Positions 23,544 to 36,740 of a stretch of 64,000 nt of DNA are shown here, piece after piece. Origin of the DNA: Psilocybe cubensis (taxonomy: Eukaryota); the NCBI GenBank assembly GCA_017499595.2, contig CM039002.1, positions 3,534,001-3,598,000 of the forward strand, read 5' to 3'. The first letter of the stretch is position 1, and each line of letters starts with the position of its first letter. The notes beneath the pieces were generated by a model. That model saw only the letters and a list, made by a program, of their open reading frames with translations. It was not told where the DNA came from and made no database searches. The translations under genes and the position numbers were made by a program.

Positions 23544-25237
23544 TGACGTCGTATGTCCTGTCTGTGAGGAATTACATTCGATGACATATAGAATGGAGAA
23601 AGACATACATTTAGATTGGAATTATACTTATAATATAGTTTTTTTAATTGCAAAAATATTATTTGGATATCTGAGCCCGAGAAACAAGTTCAAATTGAAG
23701 TATTAATAAAATGTCCTTACGCCAGTACACTTTACAAGTCCTCCTTTAGTAGGAGGATTCATTTATATCGCCAAAATTCTGGCCGTGAAACGCTTAATGG
23801 AACGGCGACCAATCGGCACATATTATCGGAGATTGAAATTGGCGATTTTGCCAGTTCATTGGGCAAGGAACCAACTGGCTATGAAATCTCGGCTCTTGAT
23901 GTTCGGCAGAGTTTCGGTGGAGAACGAAATCGGATGAGTACTTGTAATCTGCCGTGCATATCAACGGCCTACCTTACAAGTCACCTTCTTTCCTCCATAT
24001 TCCCTCACATCTCAACTCAGAAAAATATACATCATTCAATACCTAACCGCTCCAACGCGTGAGAAATAATTAACACCTGTCCCCAACCTGCCCCTAAAAA
24101 TAAAAATAGCTTGTTTGTCACCGGTGTTTTCAAGTTGCGGTGATGGAAGTACATTCCAGTAATTACACTCTGATAAGCGTATGATTAACTTGACAATGCT
24201 GCGTTATTTATCTTCTGGAATGCAAGAAGGCGTATCGACATTGGATTTCTCTCTCATTCCTTGATTGACCAATATTTTACCCTAGTTTTCATGTTCATCA
24301 CTCCCATTCCTCACATGTACATTCACCAAACTTTTGAATGGCAGATACTTAGAGAGTTTTGGAGGTCAAACAATGCATAATATCATTATCTACAACTGGT
24401 CAATTGTCAAATTCCGTGGCCGAGTGCACGCTTTGTTCAATTAACCCACATCAGGATCTTCCCGAGATCAAACTAAAAGTAACCCTAGCATTTCAGAAAA
24501 CGCCGGGTACAAACTACGCGGACGTTTGAATACACTGCTAGCTGCGATGTCAAGATCACAATGTTATGGAAAGAGAAATTACGCACCATCTTAGCCTGTT
24601 GAAAACATATACGGCCTGAATTATCACGTAAAATGCAATTTAGAAAACGGCCTACTGAGCAGAAACGAGACACACTTCATGTTAATCCTCATTGGAATGA
24701 AAATCTGGTCATTATTATTTAGATCTTTACATTCCCTTACACCACTAGAACACATTATAAATTCAGTGATACCGGCAATGGAAGATACCTGAGCCAAATA
24801 TTTACATTCTCAGAGTAACAGTAGCAATTGACACAACTGTGATGCCAAGTATCATCTGAGCGCCTCATTGCACAGGCAGTTCCAGAATTTGTGGGTGTGC
24901 CACCAATAGACAGTGAAATGCAAAGAAATACGATTACAAAAATAGTATACCGTCTGTCTTGTCGCATAGCTTTTACTCCACAATGCTACACCTCTTGTGA
25001 AAAGAAGACGGTACGTGCCTGCCAATGTCATTTTTGGGACTCATTTCACGAATTATTTTAAGATTTCGCACGTCAATTGGCGTACATCACATCTACTTAC
25101 CATGGTCAGAATTAACTATAGGCATGAACATATATACCTCCACAGTAGACGAAAAAAGTATTAAAGGTAATGGTTTGCGGCTCGAATAAGCATCCTCGTT
25201 GCTCAATCTATACTGAATACGCGCCAAATCTTGCAAG

Positions 25238-25978
25238 ATGAAACTTTCACTCCTCCTTGCTGTCACTTCTTCCATTTATGCAGCCTCAGCGGCTGCCTTG
25301 TTCACACCAGCGGTGACTGTGAAGCTAGTCATTGACGATCTGGTCAAGTTCAGCACTCAGTTCACCAAAATCACGGCGGATGTCAACAATTTCCCCCAAA
25401 CGGGAGCTCAAGGAGCAAGCGTATGTTCTGTTGCGTTTCTACTGATCATCAGCCCTAATATGATCATTTTCCTATCAATGATATTCAGGCGAACGAGGTC
25501 GCATTCCACGCTAACACGATGGTTAACAACAACGATGCAGCTAGGGAAGGACTCGTTCTCGCACATGATTACGCCCCAGGCCCCGGCCCTTGCCACCCGT
25601 TCCCAGGCGCCGTTGCAGAGGATTGCCTCTCGCTCATTAGCGAGAACCTCAACAACGATACCGTGGTGCCCTGCATCAACGGCCTCGCCACATTAACCCA
25701 AGGCGAATGCTCAATTGTCACCACCTGCAATAGCGCGATTGCAGGCAAGGCAAATGCCCCAAAGAACGGTATTATGCGGTATCTTGCCGTCCGCCGCGCT
25801 TTGACTACTATTGGTTCTTGCGCGTTGTCGGACTATGGTTCCATTTCGGGGTACTATGTCGCTGACAAAGGTGTGAAGACTTGTTACCTCTATCCTGGAA
25901 GGTGAGTGCTTGGTACCTAGACTGAGCGGCGAGCATAATTTACAAGTTTCTGTTGCCAGTGAAAGCTCTTGCAAGTGA
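25238..25978 (+). CDS. Secreted Cys-rich protein (~205 aa, 2 introns) with an HsbA-like N-terminal segment
   Basis: Signal MKLSLLLAVTSSIYAASAAA; VIDDLVKFSTQFTKITADVNNFPQTG; C-terminal domain with 8 Cys (PCHPF..EDCLSL..VPC..ECSIVTTC..IGSC..KTCYLYPG|SESSCK*). Confidence 0.75.
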
Positions 25979-28271
25979 TTGGTCTGTTCGCGACATAGTG
26001 GTCCTGGAAATCAACTTTGAGTCATGACTAATAGGCAGGGTTCTTCTGAAACTTATACAAATGTTTCAACCTGTCCGTGAGATTGGCAAAGTATTACCTA
26101 CATAATAACGCGTATTCCTGCGCCGAATAAATGTTGAAGTAGAATCCATCTGTTGAAGAATAATTGAGAGAAACGCCTCAGATGTCGAAGTAGACGCAAA
26201 GGATGAGGTCGAACGTTTCTATATCTGCTGTTGGAATACGCGTCTTCGAAAGCCGTGGTTCCTGGTCATGTTGTAATCTTTCACCTCGCGCTTTCTCTTG
26301 CCTTGTTTGCGGTGTCGTTGGCCCATGATCTTATAGCAGCAGCGCCACTACTTCTAGCCATAAGCGTTGAATCGACGGCGGTGGTGGCAGCGGAATCAGA
26401 GTTGGGCGGTCCGGTGTGTCCTGTGAACTGGGAGATGTAGCAAGAGAATTCCATCGTTCAGTGGCGTGAAGATGCGGTGCGAAGGTGGAGGGGTTAACTG
26501 GTAATAAATGCCAAAAGGGTAAGAAATTGCAGAAGGAAATCTGTAAATCCCTCACCATTCTTTGGTGATGTGACTGACATCCTACGCTGAAGAAGGCCAA
26601 TGTGTTTCATTTCGCATTACCAACACACACGCGCGTCAGCCAGCCCATCAAAGCACACCTCCGTCGACTCCGACAACGTCCGCCCAGGTCCACTGCATAT
26701 CAACTCCCCTCTAGCATGCATGTTTCCACGCTTGCGCAACCTTACTAAAGCTCATCAACATATCCTCTCGACGTTGAATATCCTAAAACCGATGTCCTTG
26801 GACTGTGAAGAGAAACAGAGGAGCGAGTGATGGCAGGGGTCTCTAAGGGAAGACAAAAGGCTGGGTCTATGTCGAGGTAAAGAGGTACAGAAAGAGGTGT
26901 AAGGAAAACCAGGACAAGCCGCACACGGCAACTACTTTCCGCTACACAACAAGCACAAATACGAGACACCAGCACATCCTCCGGAGGTTTGTCCATCACC
27001 ATCACCAACCCCACTTCCAATTCCTCCCGGACAATTTGACGCACAAAGGAAAGCAAAACGAATGATAACAGGTGGGACAACACTGTACGATTGTGTTGTT
27101 TGAAGGGCATGGCAAGGAGCCAACGTCATGCCCGGTATGACTGGCAACATATATGGCAAGGCGTCGCCGTCACCGACTGGATACCGAACGCCTTGACATC
27201 GATAACTTGCGCTTTCTAACCCCACACAACGACGACACCGTTTCTACTGACGTTAGGCTCCAACAAGCAAATACGATCGCGCGCATGGCGCCGGAGTATA
27301 AAAGGATCTCGCCCGGACTTTTCACCCCAGACTGTCGGCCTCCACACCCCAAGCTCTTCACTTGGAATAGATTGGCACTGCGGTCAGCGTGATCCATGCA
27401 ATTTGTTTCTTGCTACTTTCATCCCCTCTTTCAACGCCGGAGCTGATGTATACGATGGCTCTCTGCAATCAGACCTGCCCGGTCTTGCTTCCCTACATGT
27501 CACGTATGCCCTTGTTTGTACCCTTTCTCACCCATCCGTCCAATTCGCAAGTGGGTTGCAGGTGTGGGAGTCAGCAAGAGGTGGTGAGGTGCGGTGATAA
27601 ATTTTGTAGGCGCGTCGTGTGATTACCTACTTGCTGTCGTTTGCGTGCGCAGAGGAGAGGGGTGGATGTGATTGGGGTGTAATTTTAACCAGTCGCATCA
27701 ATGCTTCCGTGGCCCCAGTTAGTGCGTTGGAAACACTGGTTACTCAAGCTCACTGTTGAGGCAGAAAGTGCTCGCTATGCGTTGATCTACCCACCAGGAT
27801 GGAGTCATACGCCTAAGATTTGGGCGTGGCTCCATTGCTCTTGGTTTTCTGGAGAGGTGCTCGCGATTGCTCACTCTCATTCTCTTTTCCATCCAATGTG
27901 CGCAATGTGCGTTCATATGGAGTTGACGTCCATGTCGAAGCACATCTAACTTCACAAGCGTCACATTGGGATAAGCCCATGCACGTTCGTTCCATGGCTG
28001 TGTTACACTGACTGCGCAGCATTTCGACGATGGAGGACGTCATTGTACCTCCGCTTCCTTTCGTTTCTTGGGCCGAATCTCACTTCGAGCCACTTCAGAC
28101 TCGCTTTGGATTGACTTGAGGTTCTCTTTTTGCCGTCTGCGGATGCTTTCCAGATTTTATCGAGGGTGGCCTGTAAACTATCAAAGTTCATTGACAATGA
28201 AAATAGGCACCGTGAACCATATAATGAACAATAACACAATGAATAGATTCATTTCCTTCAACTAGTGACTA

Positions 28272-29113
28272 CTAAAGAGCTGAGCACTTGAAATCTGCCC
28301 TGTCTGCCTTATCAATAGCCGTGTTCCCAGTGTGATCGCAAGTATCACCCGCAAGACCCCCCTCTGGAACATTTACCCCAGCGTGGTAGCACGTTCCGGT
28401 ACCACCGTTATTCTCCCCTGATATGTATTTGACGCAGATATGATGTCCTGCATCCGTTTTAACCACATGAGCCTTGTTTGTGGGGTTCTTTGTATGGTTT
28501 AGGATGGCGTCTGTGCAGTGGTTCTCGATTTGCTGGAGAGTGTGTTTGCCTGGACGATCGTCCCAAAGTGATTTGTTGGCCTGTAATCACGAGTATCGGG
28601 TCAATTGAAACTTAACATACACTATATAAATTGATAACTTACGTCTGGAACATGACACAGGTTAGTCTTGGTATTGCACTGTCCAGTCGCTTTGGGGTTG
28701 GCTTTGCAATACGCAGTAAGCGCGTGACGGCCTTTGTCCGGAGCCTCGTCTTTTCCCTTTGCATCCTTTCCGTGTAGAACGTGACTCTTCATCTCTTGGA
28801 ACTTGTCGTTAGCGGCTTTGCGCTTCTCCTCGGCCGTTGGCTGATTGTGTGATTGTGGTTAGTGGATTTTGATAGAGGTAGATGGTGTTGGGGGATATAT
28901 TACCACGACTGGACGAACGGTTGGGCCTTTGCCGTCTTTACCTCGGCGGATAATTTCATCACGGCGATCCCTTCAAAGTAAGAGTGTTAGCGTGCAAATC
29001 GAGAGATGGGAAGCAGTAAAATATTACATTGACGCATCTGCACCAGCGGGGATGTACAAGGCGTTCGCAGACGCCGCAATAAGAAGGATCGAAAAAACGA
29101 TTGAAGACTTCAT
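28272..29113 (-). CDS. Secreted EndoU-like 8-Cys protein, copy 2
   Basis: Same three intron positions as copy 1; MKSSIVFSILLIAASANALYIP..DRRDEIIRRG..KSHVLHG..DKGRH..ANKSLWDD..GTCYHAG..FKCSAL*. Confidence 0.8.
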
Positions 29114-30722
29114 GGTAAGAGTTTATCGACCAGCGAAAAATGGGTTGTTTGAGAAGTTGAGTGGTATCGAACCTGCGATGAAGATTTCCACCGAATTTCT
29201 TCTCCCTTATAAGGTATCTGTAGGTCCGAGAGTATCGCGACATATAACAAATTGTTCTCACCGTCGGACGTAACGGAACATTGCAAAAATACACCTCCGA
29301 GTCCGAGTCGTAAAATTTGACATGTTACGTCACTGTCAGATAGTTAAGCGCGTAGGAACGCTGTTAATACATGCGCTCCGCTGATGAGTATGCTGTACAC
29401 ACCGGAGTCGAATTGACAGGTAGTGGTAGTGACGTTATTTGTCAGTTCCAGCTTCCATATTCTCACTCTCACTGGAACGAGACCACGTTCGATTGGACAT
29501 ATCCATGCATATATCTACATGAGGTATCAGTTGCACAAATGGATAAAAACGTGAAAAAGAGACTGAACTTGAACGTTTCAAGGGCCCGCAAAGTCGCCTG
29601 TTGAGAAAATCCGCATACGGTCCTGTCAGACACAAAACACCGGAACAGAATTTCATTGAACGGCCGTCATTAGCGCTTCATGAAGCACGAGAAAATCAAC
29701 CACAACGCCCCCAAACCCCAACGCCAATACACAAGATATCCTCTCTGGATGCGTATAACCCTTCAACTAGAGCGCGGCTGTTCCTCTTTGCCCCTCAAAC
29801 CGGTACTCGTCGACTTTGAGGCCGAGGCGTAAACCGCGTATAAGCCATTGGCGTTGAGATACGGAGTCATATTTCCTATGCAGTGCGCTCGGCTGCCCGC
29901 TTGTGCAGCGTACTGGTGTTCGTCTTGTAGTTCGCAGCATATGAGGAAGGGGGGGTGGAAGGGAGTGTGGTTTTCGGCAGAATGTATGGGGGGGAGTTGG
30001 GGGGAGTCGAAACATAACGCCAGATGAGGAAGGGTAGTGTGGTTGTCGGTAAAATGTATGGGGAGTTGGGGGGAGTCGAGACATTATGCGATGAGCATTG
30101 ATGTCACTGAAAAGAAGGGATGTGCTCACCAGAAAAGATGAAAGAGAGAAGTCTCGGCCTTGGGATGTCGTGGTTCCATCCGAATGTCCACCAACTTCAT
30201 CCGTCTGCCAACGCCGGGGACGTCCCATTCGGCGAATTGTAGAAGGGTGCTCCAACAAACCAGCTAATCAAACGCGTTGTGCATCGTACAGTCGAGCCTT
30301 TTGTAGAGCACCGTAATGGTCTAGGTTGCGAACGGGAGGCATTGGAGAGATTGCGGGTGTGTTGGAGGTCGGGGATGGTGGTGCTAGGCATGAAGAGGTA
30401 AGTCTTTTGATTGGGTGATTGTTGTACATGCTGTGGCAGGAGTCATGGATTGAGTGCGAATAGCCGGGAAGGGTTGAGTGCGGCTGGACGGGAGGGATTG
30501 AGTACGAATTGGAGTGAGAAAGGTTCTGGTGAGGGGACAGGACGTGACGACACACCATTGTATCTAGGCACAAAAGCACTCCACTTCCATGCATGCATCT
30601 ATTAGGCGGGGGAGGTGGACGAATAAGATGATATGGGGATGACAAGCTGAGGGTGGTTTTGTGGAAGTGGAGGTGGATACGAGGAAGTCGGGGAGAGCTA
30701 CGTCACGGTGTGGTATGTGTGT

Positions 30723-31483
30723 TGGACGAAAGGCTGATAGGTATCATGGAGTTAGCATGGATGCTGAGAGCACTATGAATTACAGCGCCCAAGGACAACG
30801 CCGCTGTCGACTTTGTTGTGCAAAGTTCACCGTGTGAGCCAAGACGTTCAATCTCCGCCTGAAATATCTGATCTCCAGGCTTGTCCAAACCTTTTTCTCA
30901 CAGTGTATTACAATTCATGTCCCCCACTTCTCGTCCCGTCGAGCCATCGCGTATTGCTACTCAGGACGGACTCGGTGGACGAAAGGCTGATAGGTATCAT
31001 GGAGTTAGCATGGATGCTGAGAGCACTATGAATTACAGCGCCCAAGGACAACGCCGCTGTCGACTTTGTTGTGCAAAGTTCACCGTGTGAGCCAAGACGT
31101 TCAATCTCCGCCTGAAATATCTGATCTCCAGGCTTGTCCAAACCTTTTTCTCACAGTGTATTACAATTCATGTCCCCCACTTCTCGTCCCGTCGAGCCAT
31201 CGCGTATTGCTACTCAGGACGGACTCGGTGGACGAAAGGCTGATAGGTATCATGGAGTTAGCATGGATGCTGAGAGCACTATGAATTACAGCGCCCAAGG
31301 ACAACGCCGCTGTCGACTTTGTTGTGCAAAGTTCACCGTGTGAGCCAAGACGTTCAATCTCCGCCTGAAATATCTGATCTCCAGGCTTGTCCAAACCTTT
31401 TTCTCACAGTGTATTACAATTCATGTCCCCCACTTCTCGTCCCGTCGAGCCATCGCGTATTGCTACTCAGGACGGACTCGGTG
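30723..31483. repeat. Perfect tandem repeat, 253-bp unit x3
   Basis: Unit TGGACGAAAGGCTGATAGG... starts at 30723, 30976 and 31229; identical ORFs recur at 253-bp spacing. Confidence 0.95.
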
Positions 31484-32102
31484 TTCGGGGATTGGTACAC
31501 TGCACTCTCGTGGCTTGCGGCTCGCGGGCTGATGTACGGGGTGAATTGGGTACTTGATGCTTGGAGCGCGGGATTTGGTTTAGTGTCGTGTCATGTTTCC
31601 TCTCCCCCTCTCTTCTCACTTTATTGCTCTGCATTTTCTTATCTTCCGTCGTTGCATCTCCTTTTTTATTTTTGCCGTTCTTTCTTGTTCTTCCTTTTCC
31701 TAATTTATTGGCTGTTGATGATTTAAAGATGATTCTCTTCTTCTCTCATTCTCTTCCCTCCTTACATATTTCCCTTACCACAGGGCATTCGGCACATACC
31801 CTCGCACACAAAACAAGAAATGAGATATCCTATTCTATCCTATTTCGACTTTGTCATGTTGCAATCATATGGACTTCGAGCATGACAGTGGTAGTCGCCT
31901 GTATTTGCACTTGTTGGGATGTGACGTACCCTGCCTGTCCTGGTTAATTAACACGGACTTCAAAGACTCAAATAAAAGCAAAAGAACAAGCGACATTGTA
32001 TATGTAATTAGAACAATATACTATTGAAAAAAGACAAAAATTCGCCAATCTTGAGCAAATGTTTAACGACGTCCCCGTAATCGTCGAGATCACATATTTC
32101 TA

Positions 32103-33240
32103 TCAGGATGAGACGGGAACGATCTTGATTTCTCCCGTTCCCTCGTCGACAATGACATTCCACTCGGTGTGGGCAGCAAGACCGATCAGGTTTTGGTAAA
32201 ACAATAGCGGGCTCTCAACGTCGCCTGTGATTAACTGCGAAGCTACAATTTTTACGCAGTTAACAGTCAAGTGCAACACAACATTATAACAACAACCTAC
32301 TTTTATAATCCGTAGTTGCATATATCTTAAGCCTTGGTGTAAGCTGGACGGAAAGAGTGGCGTTCTTACTGTATATGGTGTTAGTTGGACGACAAATTCG
32401 ACACAAAAAGGACTCAGATTACATACGCAACATTCTGCCACAAAATAGCAGGCTCCATCTTATTCCCAGCCTTGTTGAAGAATCCCTGAGATATACAGAT
32501 GAGTGCTGTTCAAACAGACGGAAATAAAGCGTCATACGATTCCTATGTTCGCAGGTTGTGGGGTGACATTGGTGCATTGCATAACACCTGCAGTTCCAGT
32601 TTTTGCATCGGTGATATGATTCATCAGCCCGTTGCTGTTAGGCGCAAGGGTACACCGCTGCCCAGTCTTCAATGCTGGAATATTAGTGGATGTGCCAAAG
32701 TTAATAGCCATTTAGAATACATGCCTCACAAGGCTGAGAGTTTGATGCAGCTACAAAATTGCCTTGTTTTAACTAATGCTCATATGGTCAGATTTATCTA
32801 GAAAATGTGGCTAAAGGGAACAAACCTGGGGTGCAAAGAATCCAGTTGCAGCTGTATAAGTGACTGTGGCAGAGTTAATTCCAGTTCCACTGAACGTAAT
32901 AACCTCTATGTATCACTCAGTAATACGACCATAACACTTGACATAGGGTGTATGACTTACTCCAAGCAGTGGGGAATAAGTCTGAGTAAAGTTTTCCAGC
33001 GGCTGGGGGTTCAAACATAAGGAGAAGGGTGATATCGACTTTGGTGTTGGCTGCATAGAAATCCATTGTCCTGGTGTTTCCCGCTACAGCCTCAGGTTTA
33101 GCAAATTGATTAAGAAGTCTGAAATGCATGATATCAATATCCTTGTAGCTGAACTGTACAAGATAATGTGAATCTCACGCTGGCGCTGCAGATTCTGCCG
33201 CTACAGATTCTGGCGTTACAGATTTTTCAATGTTTGACAT
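32103..33240 (-). CDS. Hypothetical beta-rich protein (7 introns, one GC-AG), complete left-arm copy
   Basis: ATG 33240 lies in the spacer with TATATAA ~33331. MSNIEKSVTPESVAAESAAPA|LLNQF..TRTMDFY..LMFEPP..LFPTAW|KVITFSG..FAPQ|LKQGNFV..CE|TGQRC..NIGI|GFFNKAGNKMEP..|..LTPRLKIYATTDYK|TSQLITGDVESPLLF..TGEIKIVPVSS*. Confidence 0.8.
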
Positions 33241-33342
33241 TTTGCAAAACGCTGGTGAATGTGATTGAGATGTAAGAAGGAAGTTTGCGATGATGATGGT
33301 TTTTTGGGCATCCTGTGGAGGAGCTTATATACATTTTCTGAC

Positions 33343-34439
33343 CAGAATCTGCAGCGCCAGCGTGAGATTCACATTATCTTGTACAGTTCAGCTACAAGGA
33401 TATTGATATCATGCATTTCAGACTTCTTAATCAATTTGCTAAACCTGAGGCTGTAGCGGGAAACACCAGGACAATGGATTTCTATGCAGCCAACACCAAA
33501 GTCGATATCACCCTTCTCCTTATGTTTGAACCCCCAGCCGCTGGAAAACTTTACTCAGACTTATTCCCCACTGCTTGGAGTAAGTCATACACCCTATGTC
33601 AAGTGTTATGGTCGTATTACTGAGTGATACATAGAGGTTATTACGTTCAGTGGAACTGGAATTAACTCTGCCACAGTCACTTATACAGCTGCAACTGGAT
33701 TCTTTGCACCCCAGGTTTGTTCCCTTTAGCCACATTTTCTAGATAAATCTCTGACCATATGAGCATTAGTTAAAACAAGGCAATTTTGTAGCTGCATCAA
33801 ACTCTCAGCCTTGTGAGGCATGTATTCTAAATGGCTGTTAGCTTTCGCACACCCACTAATATTCCAACATTGAAGACTGGGCAGCGGTGTACCCTTGCGC
33901 CTAACAGCAACGGGCAGATGAATCATATCACCGATGCAAAAACTGGAACTGCAGGTGTTATGCAATGCACCAATGTCACCCCACAACCTGCGAACATAGG
34001 AATCGTACGACGCTTTATTTCCGTCTGTTTGAACAGCACTCATCTGTATATCTCAGGGATTCTTCAACAAGGCTGGGAATAAGATGGAGCCTGCTATTTT
34101 GTGGCAGAATGTTGCGTATGTAATCTGATTCCTTTTTGTGTCGAATTTGTCGTCCAACTAACACCATACACAGTAAGAACGCCACTCTTTCCGTCCAGCT
34201 TACACCAAGGCTTAAGATATATGCAACTACGGATTATAAAAGTAGGTTGTTGTTATAATGTTGCGTTGCACTTGACTGTTAACTGCGTGGAAATTGTAGC
34301 TTCGCAGTTAATCACAGGCGACGTTGAGAGCCCGCTATTGTTTTACCAAAACCTCATCGGTCTTGCTGCCCACACCGAGTGGAATGTCATTGTCGACGAG
34401 GGAACGGGAGAAATCAAGATCGTTCCCGTCTCATCCTGA
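33343..34439 (+). pseudogene. 5'-truncated right-arm copy of the 32103-33240 gene
   Basis: All downstream exons are intact, but the copy starts inside exon 1 (..GAA TCT GCA GCG CCA), preceded by an in-frame TGA, and lacks the ATG. Confidence 0.7.
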
Positions 34440-34699
34440 TAGACATATGTGATCCCGACGATTATGGGGACGTCGTTAAACATTTGCTCAAGATTAGCCT
34501 CAATTTTGTCTTTTTTCAATAGTATATTGTTCTGATTAAATATACAATGTCGCTGGTTCTTTTGCTTTTATATTAGTCTTTGAAGACCGTGTTAATTAAT
34601 CAGGACAGGAGCGGTAGGTCGTATCCCAACAAGTGCAAATACAGGCGACTACCACTGGTATGCTCAGAGTATAGATGATTGCAACATGACAAATTTAAC

Positions 34700-35185
34700 A
34701 CAGGATAGGATAGGATAGATGAATTACGCCCTCTAACACAAACACGACACACCGCACACCGCAAAAGACACAATGCGTCTGACGAAAATTTAACTAACAC
34801 TCAACACTCAACACACCGCCAGAGACAGTCCGTACATAACTCCAATTACCACAATCCCACATTAACGCGATTTGCTGTGCGGTGCTGACGTACACCTCCC
34901 AAGTTCAGATTTTCTACGACTACGACTTTTAAAGTACAGCCACGCTCAACTCGAACTCTCACACACCAACCTGCCCACGCAACACCATTGCCCACCGCGC
35001 CTTCGCCTCCGCCCCAACGAACCCTAAGATTCAGAAATCCACCCGTCTACCCATGAGTGCAGTTGCGTCCGTGTGGGGGCCCAAAGCGGCTGTGTGGTGG
35101 ATATTTCATTGCTTGTTTTATGTGCAGAAAAGAAAAGAAAAGAACGAGTGACCCACCTCCAAACATGGACGCAACCTTGAACGGC
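34700..35185 (-). pseudogene. Degenerate remnant of the PHO88/SND3 3' region
   Basis: 35160-35185 matches the reverse complement of GGCCTTTCAAGGTTGCGTCTATGTTTGGAGGTGGGT (~47210). 35055-35110 matches the last exon, and 34700-34900 matches the 3' flank at 48780-49000. Confidence 0.65.
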
Positions 35186-35791
35186 CAAAATTGCAGATTA
35201 TTGGGACGTTTTCCAGGGTCAAAGAATATTTTTACATACTAAATTTAGTTTAAATGGAGAGAAGATCATACAAAATTCATCAAATATGCCCAAATGTTAT
35301 ACTTTTTGCCATAATTTTATCGTGTTGACTGATAGGGGAGAAAAAATTCCATATTTGGAAGTACCCCTGAGGAGGTCTGTCCGGATTTGAGGCCCAAAAT
35401 CTCGCGGATTTGAGAGCTAAAATCAGCAAAATTGCGGACAAGCCCTTAGGAGAGCTTTCCGTGGCCTAAAAATGAGTTTATACAGTAGCTATGCTTCTGG
35501 TAATTATCAAGCTGCACCTGGGCACAGGAGGGACTGACGGTTCTCATCCATGCCTCCATTCACTTGTCACTTATTCATACAATCTATTTTCAACATTCTC
35601 AAGATACAAAATTTGTGGTGAAGTGTCAAAACCAAGCTTTCTAGTAGGAAGCCAACAAATACGCGATTGGTTTATATTCGTGGGCCAATCCGACGATATT
35701 TTGTTCTATGTATATCACTTTCCAGATCATTATGCGCATCTTGGAGCATTGACCTTGACCGTGTAATACGACTAATACTTTCTACTTGAAC

Positions 35792-36740
35792 CTAATGAAT
35801 ATCCGAGCACCTGAAGTCCGCCCTATGTTCTTTGTTGGTAGCTGTATTCCCAGTATGATCGCAAGTGTCGCCTGGGAGGCCACCTTGGACAACATTTACC
35901 CCGGCATGGTAGCATGTTCCGGTACCGCCATTATTCTCCCCAGACGTATACTTTATGCATATATGGTGGCCAGCCGCTGTCTGAACCACGTGGCCTCTGT
36001 TGTTCGACGGATTCTTGGAGTGGTTGAGAATGGCGTCTGTACAGTGGTTCTCGATGTCCGCATGAGTATGTTTTCCAGCGCGATCGTCCCAGAGTGATTT
36101 ATTCGCCTGATATCATTTTGTTTACCTTGTCAATGACGATCTCATGCAGGTACATTTTTATGAATTGAATGCTTACAGAGGGAACATGGCACAGGTGAGT
36201 CTCGGTACTGCACTGCCCTGTTGCTCCAGGGTTGGCTTTGCAATACGCGGTGATGGTGTGACGTCCTTTGTCGGCTGGCTCATCCTTGTTGTTTGCGTCT
36301 TTTCCGTGCAGAACATGGTTCTTCATAGCTTGAAACTTGTCATTGGCGGCTTTACGCCTCTCGGCTGGAGTGGGCTAAGCAGGTCGTCAATGAAGATTAT
36401 TAAAGAAATTTGGGAAGCTTATTACCACAACAGGACGTTTAGAAGGACCCGGCTTTGGACCTTTCACTCGACGGAAAAGGTTGTTACATTGATTCGTCTG
36501 GGCTACAGAGATTAACAAGTATCAGTGTTGTCTCATTGACAGAGAAATATTCAATTGTACCGCATAATTGAGCCTCACGACGCTCCCTTTTAACGGCAAA
36601 TATTAGCCATCAATTGAAACAGTGAAGAGATATAGGCTACTATGAAGTTCTTACATGGAAGCATCTGCAGATGCTGGGATGTACAAGGCATTCGTAATCG
36701 ATGCAACTAGAAAGAGCGTAATAACGATTGACGATTTCAT
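35792..36740 (-). CDS. Secreted EndoU-like 8-Cys protein, copy 3 (most diverged, extra intron in pro-region)
   Basis: MKSSIVITLFLVASITNALYIP..ERREAQLC|AQTNQCNNLFRRVKG..|..KNHVLHG..DKGRH..|ANKSLWDD..GTCYHAG..FRCSDIH*. Confidence 0.8.

Larger units (their letters stand above)
31850..34692. repeat. Long inverted repeat: ~1.35-kb arms around a 145-bp spacer (33198-33342)
   Basis: Mirror-image ORFs (32103-32441 vs 34101-34439; 32917-33129 vs 33411-33623); few substitutions and one 2-bp intronic indel. Confidence 0.95.

Noticed and set aside
26200..28150. GC-balanced stretch with many short ORFs
   Set aside because: I could not assemble a spliced gene or recognise any domain; it may be a relic, but that is unsupported.
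30723..31483. CRISPR-like array or repeated small ORFs
   Set aside because: The units are contiguous 253-bp copies with no unique spacers; the repeated ORFs are by-products; the context is eukaryotic.
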